A DNA stretch of 64,000 bases, from contig CAYTYU010000001.1 of assembly GCA_964440815.1 (NCBI GenBank), positions 5,646 through 69,645 of the forward strand. The letters are read 5' to 3'. This DNA comes from an uncultured Chitinophaga sp. Lineage in GTDB: Bacteria; Planctomycetota; Phycisphaerae; Phycisphaerales; SM1A02. Shown one piece after another: positions 7,941 to 16,209 of this stretch (within the stretch, counting starts at the first letter, position 1; the number at the start of each line of letters is the position of its first letter). A program made the translations under genes and the position numbers. The notes under the pieces were generated by a model. That model made no database searches. It was given only the letters and a program-made list of their open reading frames with translations, and was not told where the DNA came from.

Positions 7941-8665
7941 GATCCGGAGGCGGAATGCGACTCGCGGACGCCTGCTGACGCAGGCAACGCGCGCACGGCG
8001 GCACGCACGGCGTCCAGTTCCTCGGTGGTGCCGTGGACGAAGAGCATGCCCGACTCGCGGTGCAGGCGCATGCGGAACTCCGGCGACCGCATGCCGGGCG
8101 CGAGTCCCGTGTCGATGGCGCGGATGACCGCGTCCTGGCTGGCCTCGGCCGCGGCGCGGTCGGTGGCGTCCGCCGGGACCGCAGGCAGCCGGAACAGTGC
8201 CACCGGCGACTCGACTTCGTGCGCAGTGCCGGGCTCGGCCGGCCTCACGTGCGCCTTGATCTGCATCGACTCGGAGCGTCCCCCGGCAAGCAGGACGTGG
8301 ACGGGCTTCACGAGCTCGACGCCGGGCTTGGTGCCGGGGTCGAGGGTGACGTCGACGGTGAAGGACGCGCCGGGCGCGATCGGGCCCTTCGGCGGATCGG
8401 AGACCTTGGTGCAGCCGCAGCCGGCCTTGATGGCCTCGACGGTGATCGGGGCGTCGCTTGCGTTGGTGATGGTGAGCGTGCCCTTGCCGGGCGTGCCGAT
8501 CACCAGCTCACCGAGCTCGAGCGTGGCGGGCGAGAACTTGAGGACCGGCGCGGTGGCCACCTGGCCGGCCTGTGCGCTCGGTGCGGCGGCGAGGGGCGCA
8601 GGCGCGGCCGCGAGCAGGGCGGGGAGGACGGCGATCGGCAGGGCGGTGGTCCGGATCATTTGCAT
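7937..8665 (-). CDS. DUF1573 domain-containing secreted protein
   Basis: Real start MQMIRTTALPIAVLPALLAAAPA (ATG 8665) within track ORF 7937..9925. Signal peptide; DUF1573 hallmark LTITNASDAPITVEAIKAGCGCTKV. The C-terminal ~100 aa are of unknown type. Confidence 0.7.
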   Translation of the reverse strand: MQMIRTTALPIAVLPALLAAAPAPLAAAPSAQAGQVATAPVLKFSPATLELGELVIGTPGKGTLTITNASDAPITVEAIKAGCGCTKVSDPPKGPIAPGASFTVDVTLDPGTKPGVELVKPVHVLLAGGRSESMQIKAHVRPAEPGTAHEVESPVALFRLPAVPADATDRAAAEASQDAVIRAIDTGLAPGMRSPEFRMRLHRESGMLFVHGTTEELDAVRAAVRALPASAGVRESHSASGS

Positions 8666-8839
8666 GGATGGCTCCGTGGGAAGTGTCGACGATGGCGGCA
8701 CGTGCGTGCCCCGCATCAAGAACGGAGCAGGGGCGGGGAGTGCGTCGCGCGGGTGTGGAATCCGTCGATATTTGCCCAGGCCCTCCCCCCCATTGGGGGG
8801 CTTTGGGTTGATGCGTGGGCCCGGTACCGTGGAGTCCGG

Positions 8840-10279
8840 ATGCTTCCCGTCCCGCAGATCCGTGCCGCCGTCGTGTCCGTCCTCGCCCTCGCCCTCACGG
8901 CATCGGCCGACTGGCCGAACCTCAGCGGCAATGCCGCACAGAACGGCCTGAGCGCCGCGACCGGGCCGTCGTCCGCCACGGGCTCGGCGGTGCGCTGGAC
9001 GCGCAGCGACATGACGTGCCTGATCTCGTGGATCCCGATCGTCGAGGGGAACCGGGTCTTCACGGTACGCCAGACCTACGCGCAGGCCCCGTACGACCCG
9101 CCGCCGGGCGAGGCGCGCGTGCACTGCCTCGACCTCGCGACCGGCGCCACGCTCTGGACCTTCGACTGCCCGTTCGAGCCCGGCGACTGGACCACCGTCG
9201 TGTACGGCGCGCGCAACGGCCGCGTGTTCGTCGGGCGCGGGGGCAACGGCGCCAGTTCTGCCGCGCGCGTCCATTGCCTGGACGCCGCGACCGGCGCGGT
9301 GCTCTGGGTCTCGGCCGACGAGGTGCGCACGGGCAGCTACGACGGCGTCGCGTTCATGGACAACGGCGACCCGATCTTCGCGTGCAACACGGAGATGCGG
9401 CGGATCGACGCGCAGACGGGGGCGACGGCGTGGTTCGTGTCGCGCACGTGCAGCGTGAGCGGCAACTGCGGCCCCGCGCGCGACGGCGACGCGATCTACC
9501 TCGACGAGGTTGGGCCGGGCGGCCAGCGGATCTCGCGCTTCAGCGCCACCACCGGGGAGCGGCTCTACAGCAGCCAGGTGATGCCGGGGTTCCTGAACCA
9601 GTGCTCGCCGTTCTGCGCGCCGGGCGGGCTGGTCTTCTACCTGCGCGCGAGCAACGAGGGGCCGTCGGTCGACCTGTTCTACGCGTTCCGCGACACGGGC
9701 ACGGGATTCGAGCTGCTCTGGACCGCGCCGGCACGCACGGAACCGTTCGCCCGCCATGCGGTCACGCCCGATGGCGGCGTGACGATGATGTCGCCCGAGG
9801 GACGCCTGCAGGTCCGCGACCAGCAGACCGGCGTGCTGCGTGCCGAGAGCGCGTCGTCGATCCTCAACGCAAGCGGATTCTCGTCCTCGATGGTGGCGGT
9901 CGATGCGCGCGGCACCATCTTCCACAACAACTCGAACGGCGCCGGCGGGCAGAACGCCGACCTGCGCGCGTTCACCCCCGCGCTCGTGCAGTCGTGGCGC
10001 ACCACCATCGCCGGCGTGAGCCAGGGCGGCCCGTCGCTCGCGTCCGACGGCAGCCTCGTGGTCGCGGGCACCGGCATCGTGCGCCGCTACTGGACGGCGC
10101 CGCCGTGCGTGCCGGCCGACCTGAACTGCGACGGGGTCGTGAACGGCGACGACCTCGGCATCCTGCTGGGGGCGTGGGGTCCGTGCATCACGGGGCCGCC
10201 CACCTGCCGCGGCGACCTCGACGGCAACGGCGTCGTGAACGCCGACGACCTGGGCCGGCTGCTGGCGGCGTGGACCTGA
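8840..10279 (+). CDS. PQQ-like beta-propeller repeat protein with C-terminal dockerin-like repeats
   Basis: Real start MLPVPQIRAAVVSVLALALTASA (ATG 8840, GGAG 6 nt upstream) within ORF 8033..10279. It has repeated ..C(L)D..TGA.LW.. blades. The tail is DLNCDGVVNGDDLGILLGAWG...GDLDGNGVVNADDLGRLLAAWT. Confidence 0.6.
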   Translation: MLPVPQIRAAVVSVLALALTASADWPNLSGNAAQNGLSAATGPSSATGSAVRWTRSDMTCLISWIPIVEGNRVFTVRQTYAQAPYDPPPGEARVHCLDLATGATLWTFDCPFEPGDWTTVVYGARNGRVFVGRGGNGASSAARVHCLDAATGAVLWVSADEVRTGSYDGVAFMDNGDPIFACNTEMRRIDAQTGATAWFVSRTCSVSGNCGPARDGDAIYLDEVGPGGQRISRFSATTGERLYSSQVMPGFLNQCSPFCAPGGLVFYLRASNEGPSVDLFYAFRDTGTGFELLWTAPARTEPFARHAVTPDGGVTMMSPEGRLQVRDQQTGVLRAESASSILNASGFSSSMVAVDARGTIFHNNSNGAGGQNADLRAFTPALVQSWRTTIAGVSQGGPSLASDGSLVVAGTGIVRRYWTAPPCVPADLNCDGVVNGDDLGILLGAWGPCITGPPTCRGDLDGNGVVNADDLGRLLAAWT

Positions 10280-10286
10280 GTCGCGC

Positions 10287-11345
10287 TCAGTTCGGCGCCG
10301 TCGTCGCGTCGACCGGGGCGCCGTCCTCGAGCTCGCCCTGGTTGCTCACGACCACGAGGTCCTCGGCGGAGAGCGGGCGGCGCGTGGCCGAGCCGTCCGC
10401 CGCCTTCCCGGCCCAGCTGACGCTCGCCAGCGTGCCGTCGTCGACGTCGACCGTGACCGGACGGAGCCGAGCGGTGCCGCCCTCGACCGCGAACAGGTAG
10501 GGCATGCCGCCGCGGCGCACGATGGCGCTGCTCGGCACGAGCGGCACGCGCTCGAAGCGCTTCACCACCAGCCGCATCTGCCCGTACATCCCGGGGAGCA
10601 GCCCGGCGGACGCGCCCTCGGCGAGGCCCGAGGGCAGCTGCGGGAGCTCGCCGCCCTTGAGGTCCGCGTGGCCCGTGCGCTCGGATGCGGCGCGGAACGC
10701 GTCGAACTCCGCGGCGGTGCCGTTCCAGAGGTCGACCTCGACGAGGCGCGTGCGGTCGGCGGCGCCCAGGGCGGGCGCGATGCGCGAGAGCCGGCACCGG
10801 ATCGGGCGGCCCGACACGCCGTCGAGCCGAAGCTCCGCCTCGGTCTCGGGGCCCACCATGGCCGCCACGGTGTCGGGCACGCGCATGCCGACGGTGACGA
10901 TGTCCGTGCGCATGATGGTCATCACGGGGGTGGGGCCCTGGATGAGCAGCGCGCCGGTGACGAACGCACCGGGATCGACGGCGCGCGAGGCGACGACGCC
11001 GTCGAACGGCGCACGGATCTCCGCCTGGCGTTCGGGCACCGACTCTCCCGGCAGCGGCTTGATGCGCACCACCAACTCGCCCTTCGCGACGCGGTGGCCG
11101 ATCGCCTTCTGCAGGAAGTCGACGGTGCCGGTGGCCGTGGGGAAGAGGTCGGCGCGGTAGTAGGGCGCGACGTTCACGGGCTGCTGCACGCTCACCGACA
11201 GGTCCGGGCCGACGCGCGGATGCTCCGCGCGCACGCGGATGGGGCGCGACGGGGCAGGATCCTGCGCGACGGCGGACATGCATGCGAGCACCGCGGCGGC
11301 GAGGGCCGCGGACGCGGGCAGGATCTTCGGGATGGGCATGTTCAT
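10287..11345 (-). CDS. efflux RND transporter periplasmic adaptor subunit (HlyD/AcrA family)
   Basis: Tail of track ORF 10287..14558 starting MNMPIPKILPASAALAAAVLA. It has the lipoyl/beta-barrel pattern (IRAPFDGVVASRAVDPGAFV, PLVPSSAIVRRGGMPYLFAVE). Its ATG overlaps the permease stop (ATGA at 11342..11345). Confidence 0.85.
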   Translation of the reverse strand: MNMPIPKILPASAALAAAVLACMSAVAQDPAPSRPIRVRAEHPRVGPDLSVSVQQPVNVAPYYRADLFPTATGTVDFLQKAIGHRVAKGELVVRIKPLPGESVPERQAEIRAPFDGVVASRAVDPGAFVTGALLIQGPTPVMTIMRTDIVTVGMRVPDTVAAMVGPETEAELRLDGVSGRPIRCRLSRIAPALGAADRTRLVEVDLWNGTAAEFDAFRAASERTGHADLKGGELPQLPSGLAEGASAGLLPGMYGQMRLVVKRFERVPLVPSSAIVRRGGMPYLFAVEGGTARLRPVTVDVDDGTLASVSWAGKAADGSATRRPLSAEDLVVVSNQGELEDGAPVDATTAPN

Positions 11346-14300
11346 GGGTGTGCCTTTGCCGTGTCCGCGAGCGGCGCGGCCATCTCCGCGTCGAGGTCGA
11401 TCATCGGGCGCACGCGCCGCACGAGCAGCACGTACATCACCGGGACCATGAAGAGGGTCAGGAACGTCGAGCTGACCATCCCCCCCACGACGGCGCGCGC
11501 GAGCGGGATGTTGGCCTCGTGCCCGCGGCCGATGCCGACGGCCATCGGCACCAGGGCAAGCACCGTGGCGAGGAAGGTCATGAGGATCGGCCGGAACCGC
11601 GTGGCGGCGGCCTCGCGGATCGCGGTGGCGGCGTCGGCGCCCTCCAGTCGGCGGGCGTTGGCGAAGTCGACCAGGAGCACTCCGTTGTTGGCCGAGACTC
11701 CGACGAGGAAGATCGCGCCGATCAGGCTCTGGACGTTCAGGGTCGTGCCGGTCAGCCGGAGCATCCAGGCGACGCCGATGAACCCGAGGGGCACGGTGAG
11801 CATGATGACGCCGGGGCCGACCCAGCTGCGGAAGAGCGTGACCTGCAGCAGGTAGACCAGCAGCGCCGCCAGCCCCAGCCCGAGCGCCAGCTGCGAGAAC
11901 GACTCGTTCATCCGGCCGTACTCGCCCTTGAGCGTGATGCGCATGCCCGGCGGGAGCTCGACGCCGGCGATCGCCCGCTCGACGTCGGAGGCGACGGAGG
12001 CGAGGTCTCGGCCCGCCACGTTCACCATCACGTTGGCCACGCGCCGCAGGCCGCTGTGGTTGATCTCGACGGCGCCGTCGGCCCGCCGCGGCGTGACCAC
12101 GCTGCCGAGGTTGATGCCGGTGGGCTGCGCCGGCCCCTTCACCGGGAGCGACAGCACGTCGTCGAGGGTGCGGTCGACGTCCTCGGGGAACTGCACGCCG
12201 ACGAAGTACTGGTTGCCGGACCGCGAGTCGATCCAGAAGTTGCGGTTGACGCTGACGCTCGAGTTCATGGCGACCACCACCTGCAGGACGACGTCCTCGG
12301 CGGAGAGGCCGAGCTCCGCGGCCTTGGTGCGGTCGACGTCGAGCACGAGGTATGGCGCGTCGGCGCGCTGGTGGACGCGCACGTCGGCCGTGCCCGCGAC
12401 CGGCGCCACGAGGTCGCGCACCTCGCGCGCGGCCTCGAGCGACTGCGCGGCGGTGCCGCCCTCGAGCTCGATGTCGATCGGGCTGGACGCCCCCATGTTC
12501 AGGGCCGTCGAGATCATGCCGCCCGTGTCGAAGTCCGCGCGCAGGTCCGCGAAGGCTGGCTCCTCGGCGAAGCGGCGCCGCAGCTCGGACGCCCACTCCT
12601 GCGCGCTGCGCGTGCGCCCGCGCGAGAGCTGCAGCCGGATCACCGCGTCCTGCTGCCCCGAGTTGGTGGTGTAGGCCGCCGACCAGTCGGGGTTCAGGCC
12701 GAGCTCCGAGACGATCATCTCGCGCTCCGGGGCGGGGATGGCGTCTCGGATGAACTCCTCCACCTCGCCGATGCGCGCCTCGGTGGCGTCGAGCCGCAGG
12801 TTGGAGGGTGCGCGCACCCGCATGACGACCTGCCCGGCGTCGACCTGCGGGAAGAACTCGCGCCCGATCCCGGGGACGATCGCAAGGGTCCCGAGAAACA
12901 GCGCCACCGCGGCGGCCACGACCAAGGCGCGGTGCCCGAGGCACCAGTCGAGCGCCGTGGCGTAGCGGGCGGCGAGCCGGTCGACCGCGGCCTGGAACCG
13001 GGCCGACGCGCGGGCCACGGCGTCGGGTCCGCGCCGGGCGGCCCGGTCGTGCGCGGCGGTCTCGCCCGCGAGGCGCCGGTGCTCGTCGGGCAGGAACTTG
13101 GCGCACATCATCGGCACGAACGTCCGCGACAGCAGGAACGAGGTGAGCATCGCGAAGCCGACGGCGAGCGCCAGCGGCCGGAACAGGAACCCGCCCATGC
13201 CGGGCAGCAGCGCCAGCGGCGCCAGCACGATGAAGGTCGTGCACGCGGCCACCATCACGGGCACCATGACCTGCGCGCAGCCGTCGATGGCGGCACGGAT
13301 GCGGCTCTTGCCGAGGTGGTAGTTGCGGTGGTTGTTCTCGAGCTCGACGATCGCCTCGTCGACGAGCGGACCGATGGCCAGTGCCATGCCGCCGAGGGTC
13401 ATCGCGTTGATGGTGTTCCCGGTGGCGTACAGGCCGACGATCGAGCCCAGGATCGCGAGCGGGATGCTCAGCGTCGCGATGAGTGTCATGCGCCAGTCGC
13501 CGAGGAACAGCAGGATCATCAGCGACACGAGGACGGCGCCGACCACGCCCTCGAAGACGAGCGAGGAGAGCGCGCCGCGCACCGCGGCGGTCTGGTCCAT
13601 CACGAGGTCGAGCCTCGTCCCCTCGGGAAGGCGGGACTCCATGTCCGGGATCCGCTCGCGGACGCCGTCCACCACCGCGAGGCTGCTGCTGCCGCGCTGG
13701 CGGTACACGGGCACGAAGACCTCGTTGCGGCCGTCGATCCTCACCCGCGACGTCTGGATGGCCGAGGAATCCTGGGCGATGCCGATGTCGCGCACGAAGA
13801 CCGTGGACGATGGGCCGAGGGTGACGGGCAGGTCGTTCAGGTCCTCCGGCCGCTCGACCATCGCGTTGCTGTCGAGGAGCACCTGCTCGTCCCCGAAGTA
13901 CGCGGTGCCGGGCGTGACCATCAGGTTCCCGCGGCGCAGCGCGCCGACCACGTCCATGGGCGCGAAGTTGCGCGCCTCCATGCGGGCGGGGTCGAGGTAG
14001 ATCATCACCGAGCGGTCCTTGCCGCCGACCACCACCGGCGCGATGCATCCCGGGACGGCGCCGAGCATGTTGCGCACGTCGATGCGCGCGATGTCCTTCT
14101 GCCGAGCGTCGTCCATCGACTCGTTGCTGACGGTCAGGATGCCGACGGGCAGCGTGCCGGTGGCGTCGAACGGCATCGCCACCGGCGGGAGGGTGTTCGG
14201 CGGCAGGTTGGGCAGCGCGCCGAGCGCGAGCGAGTTGACGAGCGTGAGCGCCTCGTTGGGATCGATGTCGTCGCGGAAGTGGACCTTGACGATGCTCACT

Positions 14301-14560
14301 CCCGGGACCGAGCGGCTCTCCACGAGCCGTGCGCCCGGCGCCTGGTTGACCCACCGCTCGATGCGGTTGGTGATCGTCTTCTCGATCGACTGGGCCGGCA
14401 TGCCGGGGTAGTAGGTCAGCACCTGCACGGCCGGTGCCTTGAACACCGGCAGGATGTCGACGGGGATCCGCCGCAGGCAGAGCACCCCGAGGATCGCCAG
14501 GACCAACGCGAAGGCGGCCACGACGTACGGGTTGCGCACCGACAGCTTGATGAGCCACAT
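11342..14560 (-). CDS. efflux RND transporter permease subunit (AcrB/HAE1-like)
   Basis: Start MWLIKLSVRNPYVVAAFALVLAILG (ATG 14560) within ORF 11342..14962, 1072 aa. It has the typical AcrB N-terminus (IPVDILPVFKAPAVQVLTYYPG), 12 TM segments and two large periplasmic loops. Confidence 0.9.
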   Translation of the reverse strand: MWLIKLSVRNPYVVAAFALVLAILGVLCLRRIPVDILPVFKAPAVQVLTYYPGMPAQSIEKTITNRIERWVNQAPGARLVESRSVPGVSIVKVHFRDDIDPNEALTLVNSLALGALPNLPPNTLPPVAMPFDATGTLPVGILTVSNESMDDARQKDIARIDVRNMLGAVPGCIAPVVVGGKDRSVMIYLDPARMEARNFAPMDVVGALRRGNLMVTPGTAYFGDEQVLLDSNAMVERPEDLNDLPVTLGPSSTVFVRDIGIAQDSSAIQTSRVRIDGRNEVFVPVYRQRGSSSLAVVDGVRERIPDMESRLPEGTRLDLVMDQTAAVRGALSSLVFEGVVGAVLVSLMILLFLGDWRMTLIATLSIPLAILGSIVGLYATGNTINAMTLGGMALAIGPLVDEAIVELENNHRNYHLGKSRIRAAIDGCAQVMVPVMVAACTTFIVLAPLALLPGMGGFLFRPLALAVGFAMLTSFLLSRTFVPMMCAKFLPDEHRRLAGETAAHDRAARRGPDAVARASARFQAAVDRLAARYATALDWCLGHRALVVAAAVALFLGTLAIVPGIGREFFPQVDAGQVVMRVRAPSNLRLDATEARIGEVEEFIRDAIPAPEREMIVSELGLNPDWSAAYTTNSGQQDAVIRLQLSRGRTRSAQEWASELRRRFAEEPAFADLRADFDTGGMISTALNMGASSPIDIELEGGTAAQSLEAAREVRDLVAPVAGTADVRVHQRADAPYLVLDVDRTKAAELGLSAEDVVLQVVVAMNSSVSVNRNFWIDSRSGNQYFVGVQFPEDVDRTLDDVLSLPVKGPAQPTGINLGSVVTPRRADGAVEINHSGLRRVANVMVNVAGRDLASVASDVERAIAGVELPPGMRITLKGEYGRMNESFSQLALGLGLAALLVYLLQVTLFRSWVGPGVIMLTVPLGFIGVAWMLRLTGTTLNVQSLIGAIFLVGVSANNGVLLVDFANARRLEGADAATAIREAAATRFRPILMTFLATVLALVPMAVGIGRGHEANIPLARAVVGGMVSSTFLTLFMVPVMYVLLVRRVRPMIDLDAEMAAPLADTAKAHP

Positions 14561-14660
14561 GGGCGCACGGAGTCTATCGGTCGTGATTCCGCGGTCGGCG
14601 GGCCCGCCGCGCCGGTTCGAGGGGTGCATCCCGCGCGCCGGGCGCGTAGCCTGAGGGGAG

Positions 14661-16181
14661 ATGATCGTTCCCGCTCTCGTGCCGCTTGCGATCGCCTTGG
14701 GGCAAGACGCGCCGCCTGCGCCGGCGGCAAGCGATTTCGCCGAGCGCATGCGCACGCTGCAGCAGGAGATCGACTTGCTGCGGCGCAAGTCGGCCGAGCA
14801 GGACGAGCGCTCGCGCGCGCAGGACGACCGCATCCGGCAGCTCGAGGCCGAGACCGGCGAGCGGTGGCTGACCGAGCAGCGCGCCGAGCAGGTGCGTGCC
14901 GTGGTGCGCGACGTGCTGTCGGACAGCTCGCAGCGCAGCTCGCTGCAGCAGGCCGGCGCCACAAGCGGCTACGACCGCAACTTCTTCGTCGCCAGCGCCG
15001 ACGGGAACTTCCGGCTGAACCTCGAGGGCCAGGTCCAGGTCCGCTATGCCTACACGCACATGCCTCAGTCCGGGCTGTCGTCGGTCGGCGAGTCGGATCT
15101 CTTCGGCTTCGAGCTGCGCCGCATGCAGATCGCGCTCTTCGGGAACATGTTCGACAGGAGCGTGACCTACCGCGTGCAGCTGCAGTACCAGCGCGACGCC
15201 TCCGTGGGCGCACCACCCCTGCGCTGGGCCGACGTGTGGATGCAGAAGGCCCTCGGCGCCGGGTTCTACGCGCGCGCCGGGCAGTGGAAGAACTTCTACA
15301 ACTACGAGGAAGAGACCTCAAGCCGCACGCAGCAGATGGTCGAGCGGTCGATCGTCAACGACTACTTCAACACCAAGTTCGTCCAGGGCGTCCTGCTCGG
15401 CTGGGAATCCGACCAGATGCGCCTGTTCGCCTCCTTCAACGACGGCGGCGCCAACCGTGACACCGGCGTCATCCAGCAGCGCGCCAACCTCACCGAGTGG
15501 GCATTCACCGGGCGCGTCGAGTGGAAGCCGTTCGGGGAGTGGGGGCAGATCCGCGACATGCAGGGATGGGTGGGCAGCCCCTTCGCGTTCCAGCTCGGCG
15601 CGGGGGTGAACGTCCAGGAGGCCGGCGGGGATCCCCCGAACGAGCGGCAGGCGGTCGGCAACGGCACCATCATCGCGAGGGGGCTTCCGGGGGCGGCGTC
15701 CGACATGATGTCCCTGCTCTCTTGGACGACCGACGTCAACCTCCGCGGCAGCGGCTGGAGCGCATGGGCCGCGTTCCTCGGCAACACCATCTACGGCGGC
15801 GGCACGACCGCCCGTGACTTGGGCGTGAACGGCACGCTGTCGCTGGGTGCCGTGGTGCAGGGCGGCATCTTCCTGGCCGACGAGCTCGAGCTGGTCGCCC
15901 GCTGGGAGGGCCTCTGGGTCTCGAGCGACTTCCAGCAGGCGTCCTACCTGCCGAATGCGCTGAACTCCCAGACGCTCAACATCCTCACCGTCGGCATGAA
16001 CTGGTACTTCAACAAGAACCAGCTCAAGTTCTCCCTCGATGGCGGATACGCCTTCAACCCGGTGCTCTTCCAGAACGGCCTGTTTGGCGAGAACATCGCC
16101 GGTGCCGACTACCGTGCGTCCGCCACCGGCGAGGGCGCGGGGCAGGTGGTCATCCGCGGACAGCTGCAGCTGCTGTTCTGA
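14661..16181 (+). CDS. phosphate-selective porin O/P (OprO/OprP) family outer-membrane porin
   Basis: N-terminal coiled coil (MRTLQQEIDLLRRK..DDRIRQLEAE) followed by GYDRNFFVASADGNFRLNLEGQVQVRY. It has alternating beta-strand patterning and a C-terminal QLQLLF. Confidence 0.75.
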   Translation: MIVPALVPLAIALGQDAPPAPAASDFAERMRTLQQEIDLLRRKSAEQDERSRAQDDRIRQLEAETGERWLTEQRAEQVRAVVRDVLSDSSQRSSLQQAGATSGYDRNFFVASADGNFRLNLEGQVQVRYAYTHMPQSGLSSVGESDLFGFELRRMQIALFGNMFDRSVTYRVQLQYQRDASVGAPPLRWADVWMQKALGAGFYARAGQWKNFYNYEEETSSRTQQMVERSIVNDYFNTKFVQGVLLGWESDQMRLFASFNDGGANRDTGVIQQRANLTEWAFTGRVEWKPFGEWGQIRDMQGWVGSPFAFQLGAGVNVQEAGGDPPNERQAVGNGTIIARGLPGAASDMMSLLSWTTDVNLRGSGWSAWAAFLGNTIYGGGTTARDLGVNGTLSLGAVVQGGIFLADELELVARWEGLWVSSDFQQASYLPNALNSQTLNILTVGMNWYFNKNQLKFSLDGGYAFNPVLFQNGLFGENIAGADYRASATGEGAGQVVIRGQLQLLF

Positions 16182-16185
16182 GCCA

Positions 16186-16203
16186 GGGGTGCGGGCCCGC
16201 CCC
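16186..16203. terminator. GC hairpin between convergent porin genes (possible bidirectional terminator)
   Basis: ggggtg cgggcc cgcccc lies in the 28-nt gap between stops at 16181 and 16210. There is no U tract. Confidence 0.3.
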
Positions 16204-16209
16204 GCGAGA

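Noticed and set aside
11282-15460. 1392-aa plus-strand ORF opposite the RND pump. Other giants are 43308..45770(-), 48684..51059(+), 55429..57711(-, upstream part), 56361..57944(-, upstream part) and 61432..63840(-).
   Set aside because: Same reason: these are shadow frames of well-supported genes. Only the in-frame tails that start at plausible start codons with SDs were kept (adaptor, permease, STAS protein and so on).
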